DNA of 63,974 bases, counting the filler, from a bacterium (GTDB lineage Bacteria; JALSQH01): the NCBI GenBank assembly GCA_027004335.1. It is 12 parts of 12 records of this genome, joined end to end, with 100 filler letters (N's around TTAATTAATTAA, not from the genome) between each part and the next. Parts side by side here need not be neighbours in the genome. Positions count along the whole stretch, not along the records: positions 45,545 to 54,944 come from JALTID010000150.1; positions 55,045 to 58,192 come from JALTID010000153.1; positions 58,293 to 61,430 come from JALTID010000154.1; 9 more parts are not named here. One strand, written 5' to 3'. Positions 50,543-61,430 of the stretch are shown here, in pieces (position 1 is the stretch's first letter; each line of letters begins with the position of its first letter). Position numbers and translations under genes: made by a program. The notes under the pieces are model-generated. The model was not told where the DNA came from, did not search any database, and saw only the letters and a list, made by a program, of their open reading frames with translations.

Positions 50543-51895
50543 ATGGGAATAACGGTTGTAAGAAAAACAAAACCTGGTGTAGAAAAAAGAGGTGCAAAAG
50601 TAGCGCTCGTTTTAGCTGGTGGTGCTGTCACCGGTGGTGCATTTAAAATCGGAGGTCTTATTGCCCTGAATAATTACCTGCTGAACAGAAAAATAACAGA
50701 ATTTGATGTTTATGTAGGCCTAAGTGCAGGGGCATTACTGTCAGCACCTCTTGCTGGAGATATTACACCAGAAGAAATGTTAAAAAGTATAAATGGAACA
50801 TCACCAAATTTCTCACAGTTAAAGTACTGGGATTTTTATTACCCCAATCTAAAGGAAATTCTATTCAAGCCTGTAAGATTCGTCTTTGATTTAATAAAAG
50901 TTTTTCCTGAATTCCTCTACGACATATTTGTTATTGCTCCAAATCTTTTTCTTGAGGTACAGGAGCAGGTAGGAAAGTTTATAAAAAATCCCACTTATTC
51001 CAATCTTGAGAAAATAATTGAGCCTATTGCTAATTCCATGATATCTCCAGAATTTCCAAATCCTTTGGAATATTTACCTTCAGGTATTTTTGATAATAAA
51101 AGGTTGGAAAAATACTTAAGGTACAACATTGAGCGGAATAACCTCTCCAATGACTTTGTAGAACTGTATCGTAGAAACGGTAAAGAGCTTTTCATAACAG
51201 CGACAAATCTTGATACAGCAGAGAGAGTGGTCTTTGGGCATAATGAAATAAATAATCTGACTATTTCAGAAGCAGTCCAGGCATCTACGGCTCTTCCTGT
51301 TTTCTATAAGCCTGCAAGGCTAAATGGATTTGATTATGTAGATGGTGGCATAAGGAGAACTGCAAACATAGATGTCGCCTATGAACATGGAGCAGAATTA
51401 ATCATCTGTTACAATCCCTTTCGTCCGATATACAACGAAGTCAATGTAGAATACATTGAAGCTCTTGATAAGTACTCAGTGGAAGGAAGATATCTCTCAG
51501 ATAGGGGGCTCATTTCTATAATAAATCAGGTCTTTAGAACTCTTCTTCACACAAGGCTGGAAGTAGGAATTGAAAGATTTAAGCATGATCCCTCTTTTAC
51601 AGGAGATATAATATTGATAGAACCAATGGAGGATGATGTTGCTTTCTTTGATATGAACCCTGTTGCCTTCTGGCACAGAGCAAAAGCAGCGAAGAAGGGA
51701 TTTGAATCAGTTATATTTTCCGCCGAAGAAGAGTATGACGAAATTAAAGAGATTCTCAAACCATATGGAATAGAAATAACAAGGCACTTCATCAGGGAAT
51801 ATCTGGAGAAATTGAGAAAGGCAAGTTACAGCGATGAAGCGGTATTAGATATCCTGGAACAGGAAACCCCTGCACGAAAATTAAAAATTATTTGA
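50543..51895 (+). CDS. Patatin-like phospholipase
   Basis: LAGGAVTGG, GLSAG (GxSxG), ASTALP, YVDGG. Confidence 0.9.
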   Translation: MGITVVRKTKPGVEKRGAKVALVLAGGAVTGGAFKIGGLIALNNYLLNRKITEFDVYVGLSAGALLSAPLAGDITPEEMLKSINGTSPNFSQLKYWDFYYPNLKEILFKPVRFVFDLIKVFPEFLYDIFVIAPNLFLEVQEQVGKFIKNPTYSNLEKIIEPIANSMISPEFPNPLEYLPSGIFDNKRLEKYLRYNIERNNLSNDFVELYRRNGKELFITATNLDTAERVVFGHNEINNLTISEAVQASTALPVFYKPARLNGFDYVDGGIRRTANIDVAYEHGAELIICYNPFRPIYNEVNVEYIEALDKYSVEGRYLSDRGLISIINQVFRTLLHTRLEVGIERFKHDPSFTGDIILIEPMEDDVAFFDMNPVAFWHRAKAAKKGFESVIFSAEEEYDEIKEILKPYGIEITRHFIREYLEKLRKASYSDEAVLDILEQETPARKLKII

Positions 51896-51926
51896 CCTTC
51901 AATTCTATTGAAGCTACCATTATCAT

Positions 51927-54596
51927 ATGAGGAAATTATCTCTTATTCTTTTTGTGATTCTTTTTACTTTTGGTTGTACAAGTAATGAAAATAAATGGTT
52001 CCAGCCGGGGGGATTTCCCACAGAAAAAGGTACCGAATTCATCATTTCTGCCAATTTTCCATACTATTCTTTAACTCCGGATCCTGATGTAGGATCAAGT
52101 AGCTATCGCTACTGGGAGGATGTGCTTTTCCAGATAAAGGCCGCCGGCTTTAACGGGATATACCTAAGATTACCATGGGAAATCCATGAAGAAACACCGG
52201 GGGAAATTGATTTTACTTCTGAAAATAAAAACCTGCGAATGCTCCTTCTGCTATCCACCTCTTTGAACTTGAAGATTCTTGTAAATATTGCACCTCAAAG
52301 CATAAAAGAATTTAATGGTGGAGGAATACCTCTCTGGGCAAGGAGATTCCTGACTTACCTCCCATCAACATCGCCAGACCATCTTATTGCACTCAGAACC
52401 ACGGATTATGAATTCTTGGATATTTTTTCCCTATACTTGCTGTCATTTACCACCATTTCTTTCCCTTACTTATGGGCCCCGGAGCTGAAAAACAACCCTG
52501 TAATACTTCTCAACATAGAAACTTCCCCGGAAGAACTGGATTCTATATGGTATGAGACAAGCAATTTCCTTAGCATCACTCCCCCCTCATCCACAAGCTA
52601 TCTGGATCAGGAAAAAGAAATAGTAAAGAAGGGGAAAACAAGTGTACCTATTTTTGTTACCGATTCACCTGAATATCTTTCTGGATCATGGGGCAATATT
52701 CTCTTCAAAGGGGAAAAGGTTTATATCAACCAAAAAAACTTCAATGAAAAAACTCTGGAGGGGAAGCAGTTCAAATTTCTTCATCTCCTCACAGAAAACG
52801 ACCCATACGAAATTCTTAACGGCTATGTAAGTGGGGGTTCAGGAGTTATCCTACAAAATTTTTCCACCGTTACCTTCCCCAACGACTGGCAAGGATGGGA
52901 ATATTCTTCAGCTTCATCAACACTTACCATGACTTCTCCACTTAAAAGAGGAGAACTTTCTCCTTTTTCTCCACTTACTGTAACTGGTGCAGAAATCAGG
53001 TTAATAAATAAGTGGCTTTTGAATGGATATTTTCCCAGAAGATGTAGGTACATAAATTGGAGCACAAAATTCAGTGGTAAGAACTGCCCGACCTGGAGCT
53101 GGTTAAACTTTTCCTCTAAGATTACAGGAAGTTTAATAAGAAAATGGCAATGCAAAGACAGCAATATGGAAGTGGATTATTCTGATGAGAATCGGACACC
53201 TTCTATAAAAATAACAGGAGAAAGCTTCCCTTCTGTCTCCCTGCGGAATTGCCAGATACTTTATGCGGGAAGAGATAAGAAACTTTTCTTCCTTCTCCTT
53301 GAAAAAAATGAAAAATGTGAAATAATATCTCAGGCAAAACAGGAATCAGTCCCCCATGAATCCACATACAACTCTGATGAAATTTATTCCAACTTCAATG
53401 ACATCACCTATATAAAAATAGCCTCACCAAGTTTCAGGGGAAAAGTCCTTTTAATTTTTGTTCCCCAAAACCTCCTCCCCTACACTGATATTGATAAGGA
53501 TTTTTTATTTTCTGGAAGTTCCTATCAGATCATAGATGGAGATGAAGCAGAAGTAGAAACTAACAAGAGTTTTCGGGTAATCAAGGTAGAATCTCCCTAT
53601 CCAGAGGTAATAACCTATTCTCAAGTTTTCACTATGTCAGAGTATACAACCAGTGTGTCCCAAGCCCTCTATATGAAAGAAGAACCTTTTGAACATGACC
53701 TCATTCAAAGCAAAGAAGGTTGTATTGAAGGAGAAGCTTTCCATAACTATTTTACATCTCCACCATATAACTATACCTCAGGAATTTACCTTGTTTCCAT
53801 TCCTTTTACAACTTCTATGGGAGGGAATGGATATCTTTTACTTCCAAGAGCAGAAGGAATTTTCGCCATATTCCTGAATGGCAACTATCTTGGTACCCGT
53901 ATGACTTACGGGAATGATATTATACTCCCCTTTGCCAAAAATCAAATTAAAACCTACTCAACTAATCGTCTTAATATCCTTGCCCTTCCATCTCCCGCTT
54001 TTCCGATGCTTCAACCATCTTTTCTCAGTGATAAAACTGCTGATATACTAAAAGAAGAAGGAAAAAATCCTTCTCTTTTCACATTGTTTAATTTCTATCA
54101 CAGAGCCGGATTTATGGGACAGGGTTTTATAGTAATTGATAATCAGAAAGCCACTATCAAAAGTGAATGGTGTTTCTTTCCAGGATTATGGGGAGAGAGA
54201 AACAAAGTTTATGAAGAAATATCCAGCGGCTGGGAGGAAAAAACTCTACCTATAAAAGTTCAACCTGGCAAAGTTGTATGGGTCAAGAAAATCATTCCTC
54301 TTCCATCATATGATCTTGATAATTCACTCTACACTATCAAAGTAAAAGTGGAGGGGAAAAATATTTTTGCCAGAGTCTACTATAATGATAATGTTGCAGG
54401 AAACCTGTTTCTTCCTTCTCCTCATTTTATGCCATTGAATTTAACCTCCACGAAAAATTCCTTTCTTTTATATCCACAAAAAAATGATCACTTTTCCCTC
54501 ACCATTGCAATCTTTGCATATTCACCTGGAGAAATTGATAAAATAAAAATAACCTTTTCCAAACCGGAGATAAAAAAGTGGATTTCTCTTCCCTGA
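51927..54596 (+). CDS. Lipoprotein with divergent GH35 (beta-galactosidase-like) architecture
   Basis: Lipobox FTFG-C; YWEDVL.QIKAAGFN...PWEIHE..PG..DF, GGGIPLW; C-terminal jelly-rolls (IFLNGNYLG, PGLWGE). Confidence 0.7.
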   Translation: MRKLSLILFVILFTFGCTSNENKWFQPGGFPTEKGTEFIISANFPYYSLTPDPDVGSSSYRYWEDVLFQIKAAGFNGIYLRLPWEIHEETPGEIDFTSENKNLRMLLLLSTSLNLKILVNIAPQSIKEFNGGGIPLWARRFLTYLPSTSPDHLIALRTTDYEFLDIFSLYLLSFTTISFPYLWAPELKNNPVILLNIETSPEELDSIWYETSNFLSITPPSSTSYLDQEKEIVKKGKTSVPIFVTDSPEYLSGSWGNILFKGEKVYINQKNFNEKTLEGKQFKFLHLLTENDPYEILNGYVSGGSGVILQNFSTVTFPNDWQGWEYSSASSTLTMTSPLKRGELSPFSPLTVTGAEIRLINKWLLNGYFPRRCRYINWSTKFSGKNCPTWSWLNFSSKITGSLIRKWQCKDSNMEVDYSDENRTPSIKITGESFPSVSLRNCQILYAGRDKKLFFLLLEKNEKCEIISQAKQESVPHESTYNSDEIYSNFNDITYIKIASPSFRGKVLLIFVPQNLLPYTDIDKDFLFSGSSYQIIDGDEAEVETNKSFRVIKVESPYPEVITYSQVFTMSEYTTSVSQALYMKEEPFEHDLIQSKEGCIEGEAFHNYFTSPPYNYTSGIYLVSIPFTTSMGGNGYLLLPRAEGIFAIFLNGNYLGTRMTYGNDIILPFAKNQIKTYSTNRLNILALPSPAFPMLQPSFLSDKTADILKEEGKNPSLFTLFNFYHRAGFMGQGFIVIDNQKATIKSEWCFFPGLWGERNKVYEEISSGWEEKTLPIKVQPGKVVWVKKIIPLPSYDLDNSLYTIKVKVEGKNIFARVYYNDNVAGNLFLPSPHFMPLNLTSTKNSFLLYPQKNDHFSLTIAIFAYSPGEIDKIKITFSKPEIKKWISLP

Positions 54597-54944
54597 GAAA
54601 GATTTTTAAAAAAGAAGAAAAAAAAGAAAGAAAAGAACCCATAAGACTTTCCTTTGCCTTTGCAATTGCACAGGCAATTGACTTAGCAGAGGAACAGCCT
54701 CTCAGTCATGGAATAAAATTAACATTCCTTACCCTTTCAGCGGCAGAAAGACTTTTATTGCCTGAAGAGGAAATCCTCTCAACATTTTACACATCAATCT
54801 TCCACGATGCTGGAATGATCCCTCTGAAAAAAGAAATTTATTTTATGGACCAGACCCATAAGATATATTCCTACCTTAATATCCATAAGGAAGAAGGATT
54901 TGCAAACTTCAGGCATTTTCTTGAAGCAATTTTAGATTCTGAGA
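54578..54944 (+). CDS. HD-domain protein, 3' truncated
   Basis: A.AIDLAE.QPLSHG...FHDAG pattern of HD-GYP-like proteins. Confidence 0.6.
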
Positions 54945-55084
54945 NNNNNNNNNNNNNNNNNNNNNNNNNNNNNNNNNNNNNNNNNNNNTTAATTAATTAA
55001 NNNNNNNNNNNNNNNNNNNNNNNNNNNNNNNNNNNNNNNNNNNNGAAGCATCTGGTTTAATATTTAACAACCTGTAATAGTCCT

Positions 55085-55972
55085 TCATCTTATTACTCTG
55101 GCAATCTTTTCAGCAATCAGGGAAATATCTTTTGAAAAATCAGAATCTGTATCAATTGCTGTGGTTAAGAGCCTTCTCCTCACATCTTCACTCACCCTTG
55201 TATCAAAATCAACGGTGCCTAAAAATCCAACTTTCAGCCCAAGAAGCCTCTCTGCGATTAAAGGAATATCTTCTCCCATGCTACTATTCTTGTTTGCCAT
55301 GTTTATTATTAACCATGTCTTAAAGTTTTCAATAACCTCTTCAACCAGAATCTGGTAACTTGGAAAATTTTTCTTTACATCCTCAAGAAATTTTAAAATA
55401 TCTTCTCTGTAAAAACTTCCAGGTTTCTCAAGCGCATCTTTCACAAGCTTCTTCCAGCGGGGGGCAGTATTGAGTTTCATCAGCTTCCTGTGGAAAGCAG
55501 CTCTAATGAACCTATAAACATTTTCCACAGATGTCGGTTCAGGAGTTAATATCACAACACCCTGATCAATATTAAAAAAATCAAGGACATGAGGAGTAAT
55601 TCCCGCACCAAGATCAAGAAGGATATAACTATACCTCAGTTTCTTAAGATGTCTTATCAACTTGTTCCTCGTAGCAGCAGGAAAAGAAGTATTTGGGACT
55701 GAGGTTAATAATCCTGCAATAAAATCAAAGGAATAACCTGACGGTTTAAAAACAACATCGTTCAAACTACGAACTTTTCTAAAAATAAAATCAGAAATAT
55801 TTCTCTCTATTCTGGAAATGCCGAAAATAGTATGAAGATTTGAACCTCCAAGGTCCAGATCCACCACTAAGATTTTTTTACCTCTAAAAGAAAGAACATT
55901 GGCAATATTTGCTGTAAGAATACTCTTTCCAATTCCTCCTTTTCCACCACCAAATGCAATTATCCTTCCTAT
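55085..55972 (-). CDS. MinD/FlhG-like P-loop ATPase
   Basis: Deviant Walker A GGGKGGIGKS lies upstream of the ORF-track start; VDLDLGGSNLHT, LDLGAG, PEPTSVEN.YRFI; the frame needs an ATA start at 55972. Confidence 0.88.
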   Translation of the reverse strand: MGRIIAFGGGKGGIGKSILTANIANVLSFRGKKILVVDLDLGGSNLHTIFGISRIERNISDFIFRKVRSLNDVVFKPSGYSFDFIAGLLTSVPNTSFPAATRNKLIRHLKKLRYSYILLDLGAGITPHVLDFFNIDQGVVILTPEPTSVENVYRFIRAAFHRKLMKLNTAPRWKKLVKDALEKPGSFYREDILKFLEDVKKNFPSYQILVEEVIENFKTWLIINMANKNSSMGEDIPLIAERLLGLKVGFLGTVDFDTRVSEDVRRRLLTTAIDTDSDFSKDISLIAEKIARVIR

Positions 55973-55984
55973 CTCTTTCTCCTT

Positions 55985-56605
55985 TTACTCCTCATTTTCA
56001 TTTTCTAATTCCACATTCCAGTATGCCGCATCAATAAAACTGAGAAACTGCTTCCATTCATCCTTCACATTATTTTTATTAAAATTTTTAAGAAAATTCA
56101 AGTAATCTGGCTTGTAAGGTTTTCTGATCAGGCTCATTCCCGCTTCTTGAGGAGTTCTATTACCTTTTTTTGTGTTACAGGCAACACACGCCGTAACTAC
56201 ATTTTCCCATACAGTTTTACCCCCTCTGGAACGAGGGATCACATGATCTATCGTCAACTCTTTTTTAGGAAATCTTTTTCCACAATATTGGCAGATATTG
56301 TTATCCCTCAAGAATATATTATACCTGCTGAATCTAACTTCCCTACGAGGTATCCTATCGTAAGCAACAAGCAATATTACCTTCGGGACTTTTATGACTC
56401 TGCTAACCGTGCGAATCCTATCTTCATCTGCTGCAACTCTTAACTCCATCCAGGAATCAATGGAAAATAGAGAATAATCGGGTCCCACAACTTTTGCTAC
56501 TCCTCTAAAGAGCATGGCGAAAGCTCTCCCCACAGTGGTAACATGGATGGGATAAAAAGATTTGTTTAAAACAAGTACAGGCGCTTCTAAAATTGCGTCA
56601 CTCAT
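55985..56605 (-). CDS. HNH endonuclease (McrA-like)
   Basis: VLVLN.S..P, FSR.NIFLRD...CQYCG, LTIDHVIPRSRGG...WEN.V.AC..CN..KG. Confidence 0.92.
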   Translation of the reverse strand: MSDAILEAPVLVLNKSFYPIHVTTVGRAFAMLFRGVAKVVGPDYSLFSIDSWMELRVAADEDRIRTVSRVIKVPKVILLVAYDRIPRREVRFSRYNIFLRDNNICQYCGKRFPKKELTIDHVIPRSRGGKTVWENVVTACVACNTKKGNRTPQEAGMSLIRKPYKPDYLNFLKNFNKNNVKDEWKQFLSFIDAAYWNVELENENEE

Positions 56606-56635
56606 TTGAATTTAGTTTACACAAAAATTATGAAA

Positions 56636-57949
56636 TTACAACTTCCTATTATCAATTACCCTTACAGCCTTCCCCTCAAACCTCTGGATAGTTCTTGGTT
56701 CAACGAGTTTTACTTCTACTCTTAATCCCAGAATTGAAAATAATTTTTCCTCTATTTCTTCAATTATCTGTCTCTGTTTTTTCATTTCATCAGAAAAAAT
56801 CTCAGGAGAAACTTCAACTAATACAGTAAGAGTATCCAGTCTATTTTTTCTATCCACAATAATCTGATAATGTGGTTCGGTCCCTTCAATAGAGAAAAGC
56901 ACCTCTTCTATTTGAGATGGAAATACATTCACACCTCTGATAATAAGCATATCGTCACTTCTTCCCTTCACTTTCTCCATTCTTACGCTTGTTCTCCCAC
57001 ATCCGCACAGTTCATAATGTAGTCTCGTGATATCCCTTGTGCGGTATCTGATAAGGGGAAGAGCTTCTTTAGTAAGAGTGGTTATTACAAGCTCCCCCTC
57101 TGATCCCGGTGGAAGTGGCTCTCCTGTTTCAGGATCTATTATCTCCACAAAAAAATGATCCTCAGCTATGTGCATGCCATTCTTCTCTTCACATTCTCCT
57201 GCTACACCGGGGCCAATTATTTCACTCAGACCATAATTGTCATAAGCCTTAATTTTTAACTTATTCTCTATCTCTTCTCTCATCCCTTCAGACCATGGCT
57301 CAGCCCCAAAAAGACCTGTACGAAGGGAAAGGGATCGGGGATCAATGTCAAGCTCCTCAATTCTATCAGCTACTACCAGAGCGTAACTGGGGGTGCAAAC
57401 AAGAACAGTGGTGTGATAATCTTTCATGATCATGATCTGTCTATCAGTATTCCCACTGGAGATTGGGATCACAGTGGCACCAATTTTTTCAGCACCGTAG
57501 TGGAGACCAAAGCCGCCCGTGAATAATCCGTAACCGAATGAAATTTGAATAATATCATCCTTTGTTACACCACCAGCTACCATTATCCTCGCCACAAGAT
57601 TACTCCAGATATCAAGGTCGTTTCTTGTATATCCAACCACCGTAGGCTTCCCGGTGGTACCAGAGGAAGAGTGGATTCTCACAATATCTCTCAGAGGCAC
57701 AGCAAACATTCCATAGGGATAATTATCTCTCAAATCATCTTTTGTTGTGAATGGAAGTTTCCTCACATCATCCAGAGATTTTATATCTTCAGGAGTAATT
57801 CCTACTTCTTTAAATTTTTCATTATAAAACTTAACATTTCTATAAGCTCTGTTGACCACGCCCTGCAGCCTTTCCAGTTGAAGCTGTTCAAGTTCTTCCC
57901 TTGGCATTGTCTCATATTTTTCTTCCCAGTACATCTCTACCTCCTTCAA
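56636..57949 (-). CDS. paaK: Phenylacetate-CoA ligase family
   Basis: [63 protein letters not shown]. Confidence 0.92.
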   Translation of the reverse strand: MKEVEMYWEEKYETMPREELEQLQLERLQGVVNRAYRNVKFYNEKFKEVGITPEDIKSLDDVRKLPFTTKDDLRDNYPYGMFAVPLRDIVRIHSSSGTTGKPTVVGYTRNDLDIWSNLVARIMVAGGVTKDDIIQISFGYGLFTGGFGLHYGAEKIGATVIPISSGNTDRQIMIMKDYHTTVLVCTPSYALVVADRIEELDIDPRSLSLRTGLFGAEPWSEGMREEIENKLKIKAYDNYGLSEIIGPGVAGECEEKNGMHIAEDHFFVEIIDPETGEPLPPGSEGELVITTLTKEALPLIRYRTRDITRLHYELCGCGRTSVRMEKVKGRSDDMLIIRGVNVFPSQIEEVLFSIEGTEPHYQIIVDRKNRLDTLTVLVEVSPEIFSDEMKKQRQIIEEIEEKLFSILGLRVEVKLVEPRTIQRFEGKAVRVIDNRKL

Positions 57950-58192
57950 TCAAGGAATTCTTCCTTACCTAAATATGCTCTCTGAATCTCCCTGCTTTTC
58001 CTTAGCTCATCTGCATCACCTGCAAAAACAAGAGAACCAGTCTCAAGTACATATCCCCTATCTGCGACTTCCAGTGCCTTTTTAGCATTCTGTTCCACTA
58101 AAAGGATTGTTAGATCAAGTTCTTTTCGTAAATCTGTTATTATTTTAAAAATATCCCGCACAATCACAGGAGCAAGACCCATAGATGGTTCA
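57946..58192 (-). CDS. livF: Branched-chain amino acid ABC ATPase, C-terminal part
   Basis: [32 protein letters not shown]. Confidence 0.88.
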
Positions 58193-58292
58193 NNNNNNNN
58201 NNNNNNNNNNNNNNNNNNNNNNNNNNNNNNNNNNNNTTAATTAATTAANNNNNNNNNNNNNNNNNNNNNNNNNNNNNNNNNNNNNNNNNNNN

Positions 58293-58344
58293 GATAGGGC
58301 CCGAAGGCGTTGTATCTCTTATCAGCAACCCATGGGAAATCCAT
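58293..58344 (-). CDS. N-terminus of a possible YhcC-like radical SAM protein (partial)
   Basis: MDFPWVADKRYNAFGPY resembles the start of that family; only 17 codons visible. Confidence 0.35.
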
Positions 58345-58369
58345 AATTTTATTATATCAGAGGAAAAAA

Positions 58370-59827
58370 TCATATAAAGGGGGATGTAAGAAGAAGAAAA
58401 AGGGAGACCCATACAATCCAGTTTCCACTTATTGTGTAAAGAGTTTTCTTGTTTATAAGTTTCACCTTTTTCACAAAACCCGTTGTCTTAAATATTCTGG
58501 TACTTTTTAAAACCTCTCCCCATGGCGAAACGATACCAGAAATTCCCGTATTTGCAGATCTAACAAGATATTTCTTACTCTCAACCGCCCGAAACGCCGC
58601 AAGAGAGAAGTGCTGATAGGGAGCCGAGGTTTTACCAAACCATGCATCGTTGGTTATGTTTGCCATAAGGGTAGCTCCTTTTTTGATCATTCCTCTTGTT
58701 ATCTCAGGAAATATTGATTCATAACATATAAGTACTCCCACCTTAAAATTGTTGGAGAGTGGTTTTATCTCTTTTCCCGGTGACATAACACCAACCATTG
58801 GGAAAAATTTCTCAGCTATTGGCTCAAGGTACTTTTCCATGGGAAGGTACTCACCAAATGGTACAAGGTGGACTTTATCGTAGAAGTCTTCCACTTTTCC
58901 CAAAGGAGAAATTAAATAAACTCTGTTTAGCTCCTTCTCCTTTCCTTGTTCGTATCTGTAAGCAGGACTACCCGCAACAAGGTATGTTTGATTATTTATA
59001 GCAATTTGCCTTATCTTGGAAGAGAGGGGATTACTCTGAAAATAAAAAGGGATCGCAGTCTCTGGCCAAAAAATAACTCTTGCTCCTTCCTTTGAAAGTT
59101 TCTCAGTTAAGTTAGAATAGATTTCAAGCGTTGTCTTCCGGTAACTCTTATCCCATTTCACAGATTGGTCTATACTTCCCTGGGCAACTCCTATGGTTAG
59201 TTCTCTATCATTTTTTATGATTACTCTTTTCCAGACAAGAGAATCAACCTCGCCATAGAGTAAGACAAGGGCAACACTAAGAAGCGCAGCTGTCTTCCAT
59301 AAAGTTCCTCTTTTCTCTGTAAAAAAAATAGAGACTGTAAATATCATGAGAAACTCCACAAGGAATATTCCTCCTATGTCCGTTACATTCATAAAAGGCT
59401 GAAAAGGGAAAACAGAGTAACCAATTATCTCCCAGGGAAAGCCAGATAAAAAGTTTGATTTTATAAAATCAAGAAAAACCCAGAGGGATGCTGTATAAGC
59501 AGGAAAAAAGGACTTCTTTTCTATTTTCCTGGTAATGATTATAAAAACCAGAGGGTAAATAGCAAGGTAAGCTGTGAGAAGAAGGGTGGGGATCAGGGCA
59601 AGGAGGGGAGAAACATTACCATAGTGTCCTATCGCATATGATATCCAGTAAAGTATTGAAAACTGCGCAATCCAGCTAACTGTGAATATTTTCAAATTTC
59701 CAGCCTTTGTCCTTAAGCCGAGATATATAAAGAGAAAGAGAGCAAGTGGTTGCAAAAAGAAGAGGGAAAAAGGAGGGAAGGATAAAAAGTTAAATAGAAG
59801 GAACAGTAAAATTATTGTGACTTCCAT
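58370..59827 (-). CDS. lnt: Apolipoprotein N-acyltransferase
   Basis: GFPW..GYS, WPETA, YDKVHLVPFGEY, LICYESIF, TNDAWFG, RSANTGIS. Confidence 0.96.
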   Translation of the reverse strand: MEVTIILLFLLFNFLSFPPFSLFFLQPLALFLFIYLGLRTKAGNLKIFTVSWIAQFSILYWISYAIGHYGNVSPLLALIPTLLLTAYLAIYPLVFIIITRKIEKKSFFPAYTASLWVFLDFIKSNFLSGFPWEIIGYSVFPFQPFMNVTDIGGIFLVEFLMIFTVSIFFTEKRGTLWKTAALLSVALVLLYGEVDSLVWKRVIIKNDRELTIGVAQGSIDQSVKWDKSYRKTTLEIYSNLTEKLSKEGARVIFWPETAIPFYFQSNPLSSKIRQIAINNQTYLVAGSPAYRYEQGKEKELNRVYLISPLGKVEDFYDKVHLVPFGEYLPMEKYLEPIAEKFFPMVGVMSPGKEIKPLSNNFKVGVLICYESIFPEITRGMIKKGATLMANITNDAWFGKTSAPYQHFSLAAFRAVESKKYLVRSANTGISGIVSPWGEVLKSTRIFKTTGFVKKVKLINKKTLYTISGNWIVWVSLFLLLTSPFI

Positions 59828-60840
59828 ATCTTTCCTTTTTTCACCTGAAAAACTGTTGCGTTTTCTATATATAGAGGAATTGCACTGGTTACAAAGCTCT
59901 GTATCTTCTCCTCTAATAAAAATTCAATAAGGAAACTTCTCCTTTTGATGTCAACTTCTCCGCCTATATCATCAATAAGAAAAATTGAAGAAGTCCCCCT
60001 TCTTTTCAAAAGTCTTATGAGAGAAAGCTTGAAGGCAAATAGAGCGACTTTGATCTGCCCTTGGGAGGCAAAGCTCCTCATTTTCTTTCCATTCAATTCA
60101 AAAAGAATTCTTCCCCTGTGAGCACCAAATAGTGAAAAACCCTTCTCTTCCTCTTCTATTGCCTTTTCTTTTGTATATTTAGAGGGGAAGTAGGAGAAAG
60201 TTATGTTCCATTTATTTTCGCTTATTCTTCTCACTATATCGGAAAAGACAGGTTTTATCTCTTCTAGGAACTCTTCTCTTTTCTTATCTATTTTAGTAGA
60301 GGTTTCAATGAATTTTTCTGTTACTATTTTGAAAAGCTTTTCATCTTTTTTTTTGGCTTTCAACAGGATATTTCTATTCTCAAGATGGTGTAGGAATGCT
60401 TTATAGAGTAGGAGATACTCCTTATCTATGTTGAATATCCCTCTATCTATGAGGCTTCTAATCTCGGAAAAAGATTGGAAAATTTTAAATTCTTCCTGTG
60501 GGAAGAAACCAATAACGCTAATATTTTTTAAGTATTCTAAAGGTGGGACTCTCTTTCCGTTAAGACTGACTTTTTTGTCGCCTGCTCTGTTCAGGTAAAT
60601 TGCTTGAATATGTAGGTCTGTTTTTCCTCTGATAAAAAAAAATTGCTCATCCCAGTTTATGCATTCTCTAATTCTGGAGGTTTTGAAACTCTTGAGGTTT
60701 CCCATGATGTAGATGGATTCAAGAAAACTGGATTTTCCTTCTCCATTCTCACCGACTATAAAGTTCAGGCCAGAAGAGGGGAAGAGTGAGATTTTTTTTA
60801 AGTTTCTTAGATTCTGTATCTCTATATTTCTTATTTCCAT
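59812..60840 (-). CDS. recF: DNA replication/repair protein RecF
   Basis: RNL, GENGEGKSS.LE.IY, SQGQ.K, LIDDI..EVD..R; directly downstream of dnaN. Confidence 0.88.
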   Translation of the reverse strand: MEIRNIEIQNLRNLKKISLFPSSGLNFIVGENGEGKSSFLESIYIMGNLKSFKTSRIRECINWDEQFFFIRGKTDLHIQAIYLNRAGDKKVSLNGKRVPPLEYLKNISVIGFFPQEEFKIFQSFSEIRSLIDRGIFNIDKEYLLLYKAFLHHLENRNILLKAKKKDEKLFKIVTEKFIETSTKIDKKREEFLEEIKPVFSDIVRRISENKWNITFSYFPSKYTKEKAIEEEEKGFSLFGAHRGRILFELNGKKMRSFASQGQIKVALFAFKLSLIRLLKRRGTSSIFLIDDIGGEVDIKRRSFLIEFLLEEKIQSFVTSAIPLYIENATVFQVKKGKIWKSQ

Positions 60841-61430
60841 CTACCACTGGATATTCAGGGGCATTATGATGACGAATTTTTTCATCTCCTCTTTCTCATA
60901 GATGAGAGTCGCTGTCATTTCATCTCTCAGCTTGAAGTATATAGTTTCTTCACTGAAGGGAATTGTGCATTCTATAAGGTACCTTGCATTGAACCCGATT
61001 TCCGTAGGGTTTCCCTCAAGTGAAATTGGTATTGAGGCTTCAGCATCTCCTGTATTTTCATCTTTGCTGGTGAGGATAAGTGCATCTGGTGTGAAGACGA
61101 GTTTAACACCTCTAAATTTCTCTGAGGAAATTACTGAAACTCTCTTTACTGCCGAGATAAAATCTTCTCTTTTAATTTCTACAATTACCGGATTATCATA
61201 TGGAATTACCCCTCTATAGTTTGGGTATTCTCCCATAATGAGCCTGAGAATTATCTCTGTATCATCATCAGAAGCTTTGATCACATTTTCTGAAACGCCG
61301 ATTTTTATCCTTTCGCTCTTATTGCATAGCTTGTTGAGTTCTGAGGCTCCTCTTCTGGGTACTATTATTCCTTTCTCAGGAAAGAGAATCTTATCAAGTT
61401 CTTCTATCTCAGCTTCTGCGTAACTTAGCC
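60841..61430 (-). CDS. dnaN: DNA polymerase III beta clamp, C-terminal part
   Basis: IIVPRRG..EL, RLI.GEYPNY..VIP, IGFNARYL, IIMP. Confidence 0.92.

Noticed and set aside
55985-56605. HNH gene as a mobile element or defence system
   Set aside because: No intron, IS ends, methylase or defence neighbours; it is a common stand-alone HNH family.
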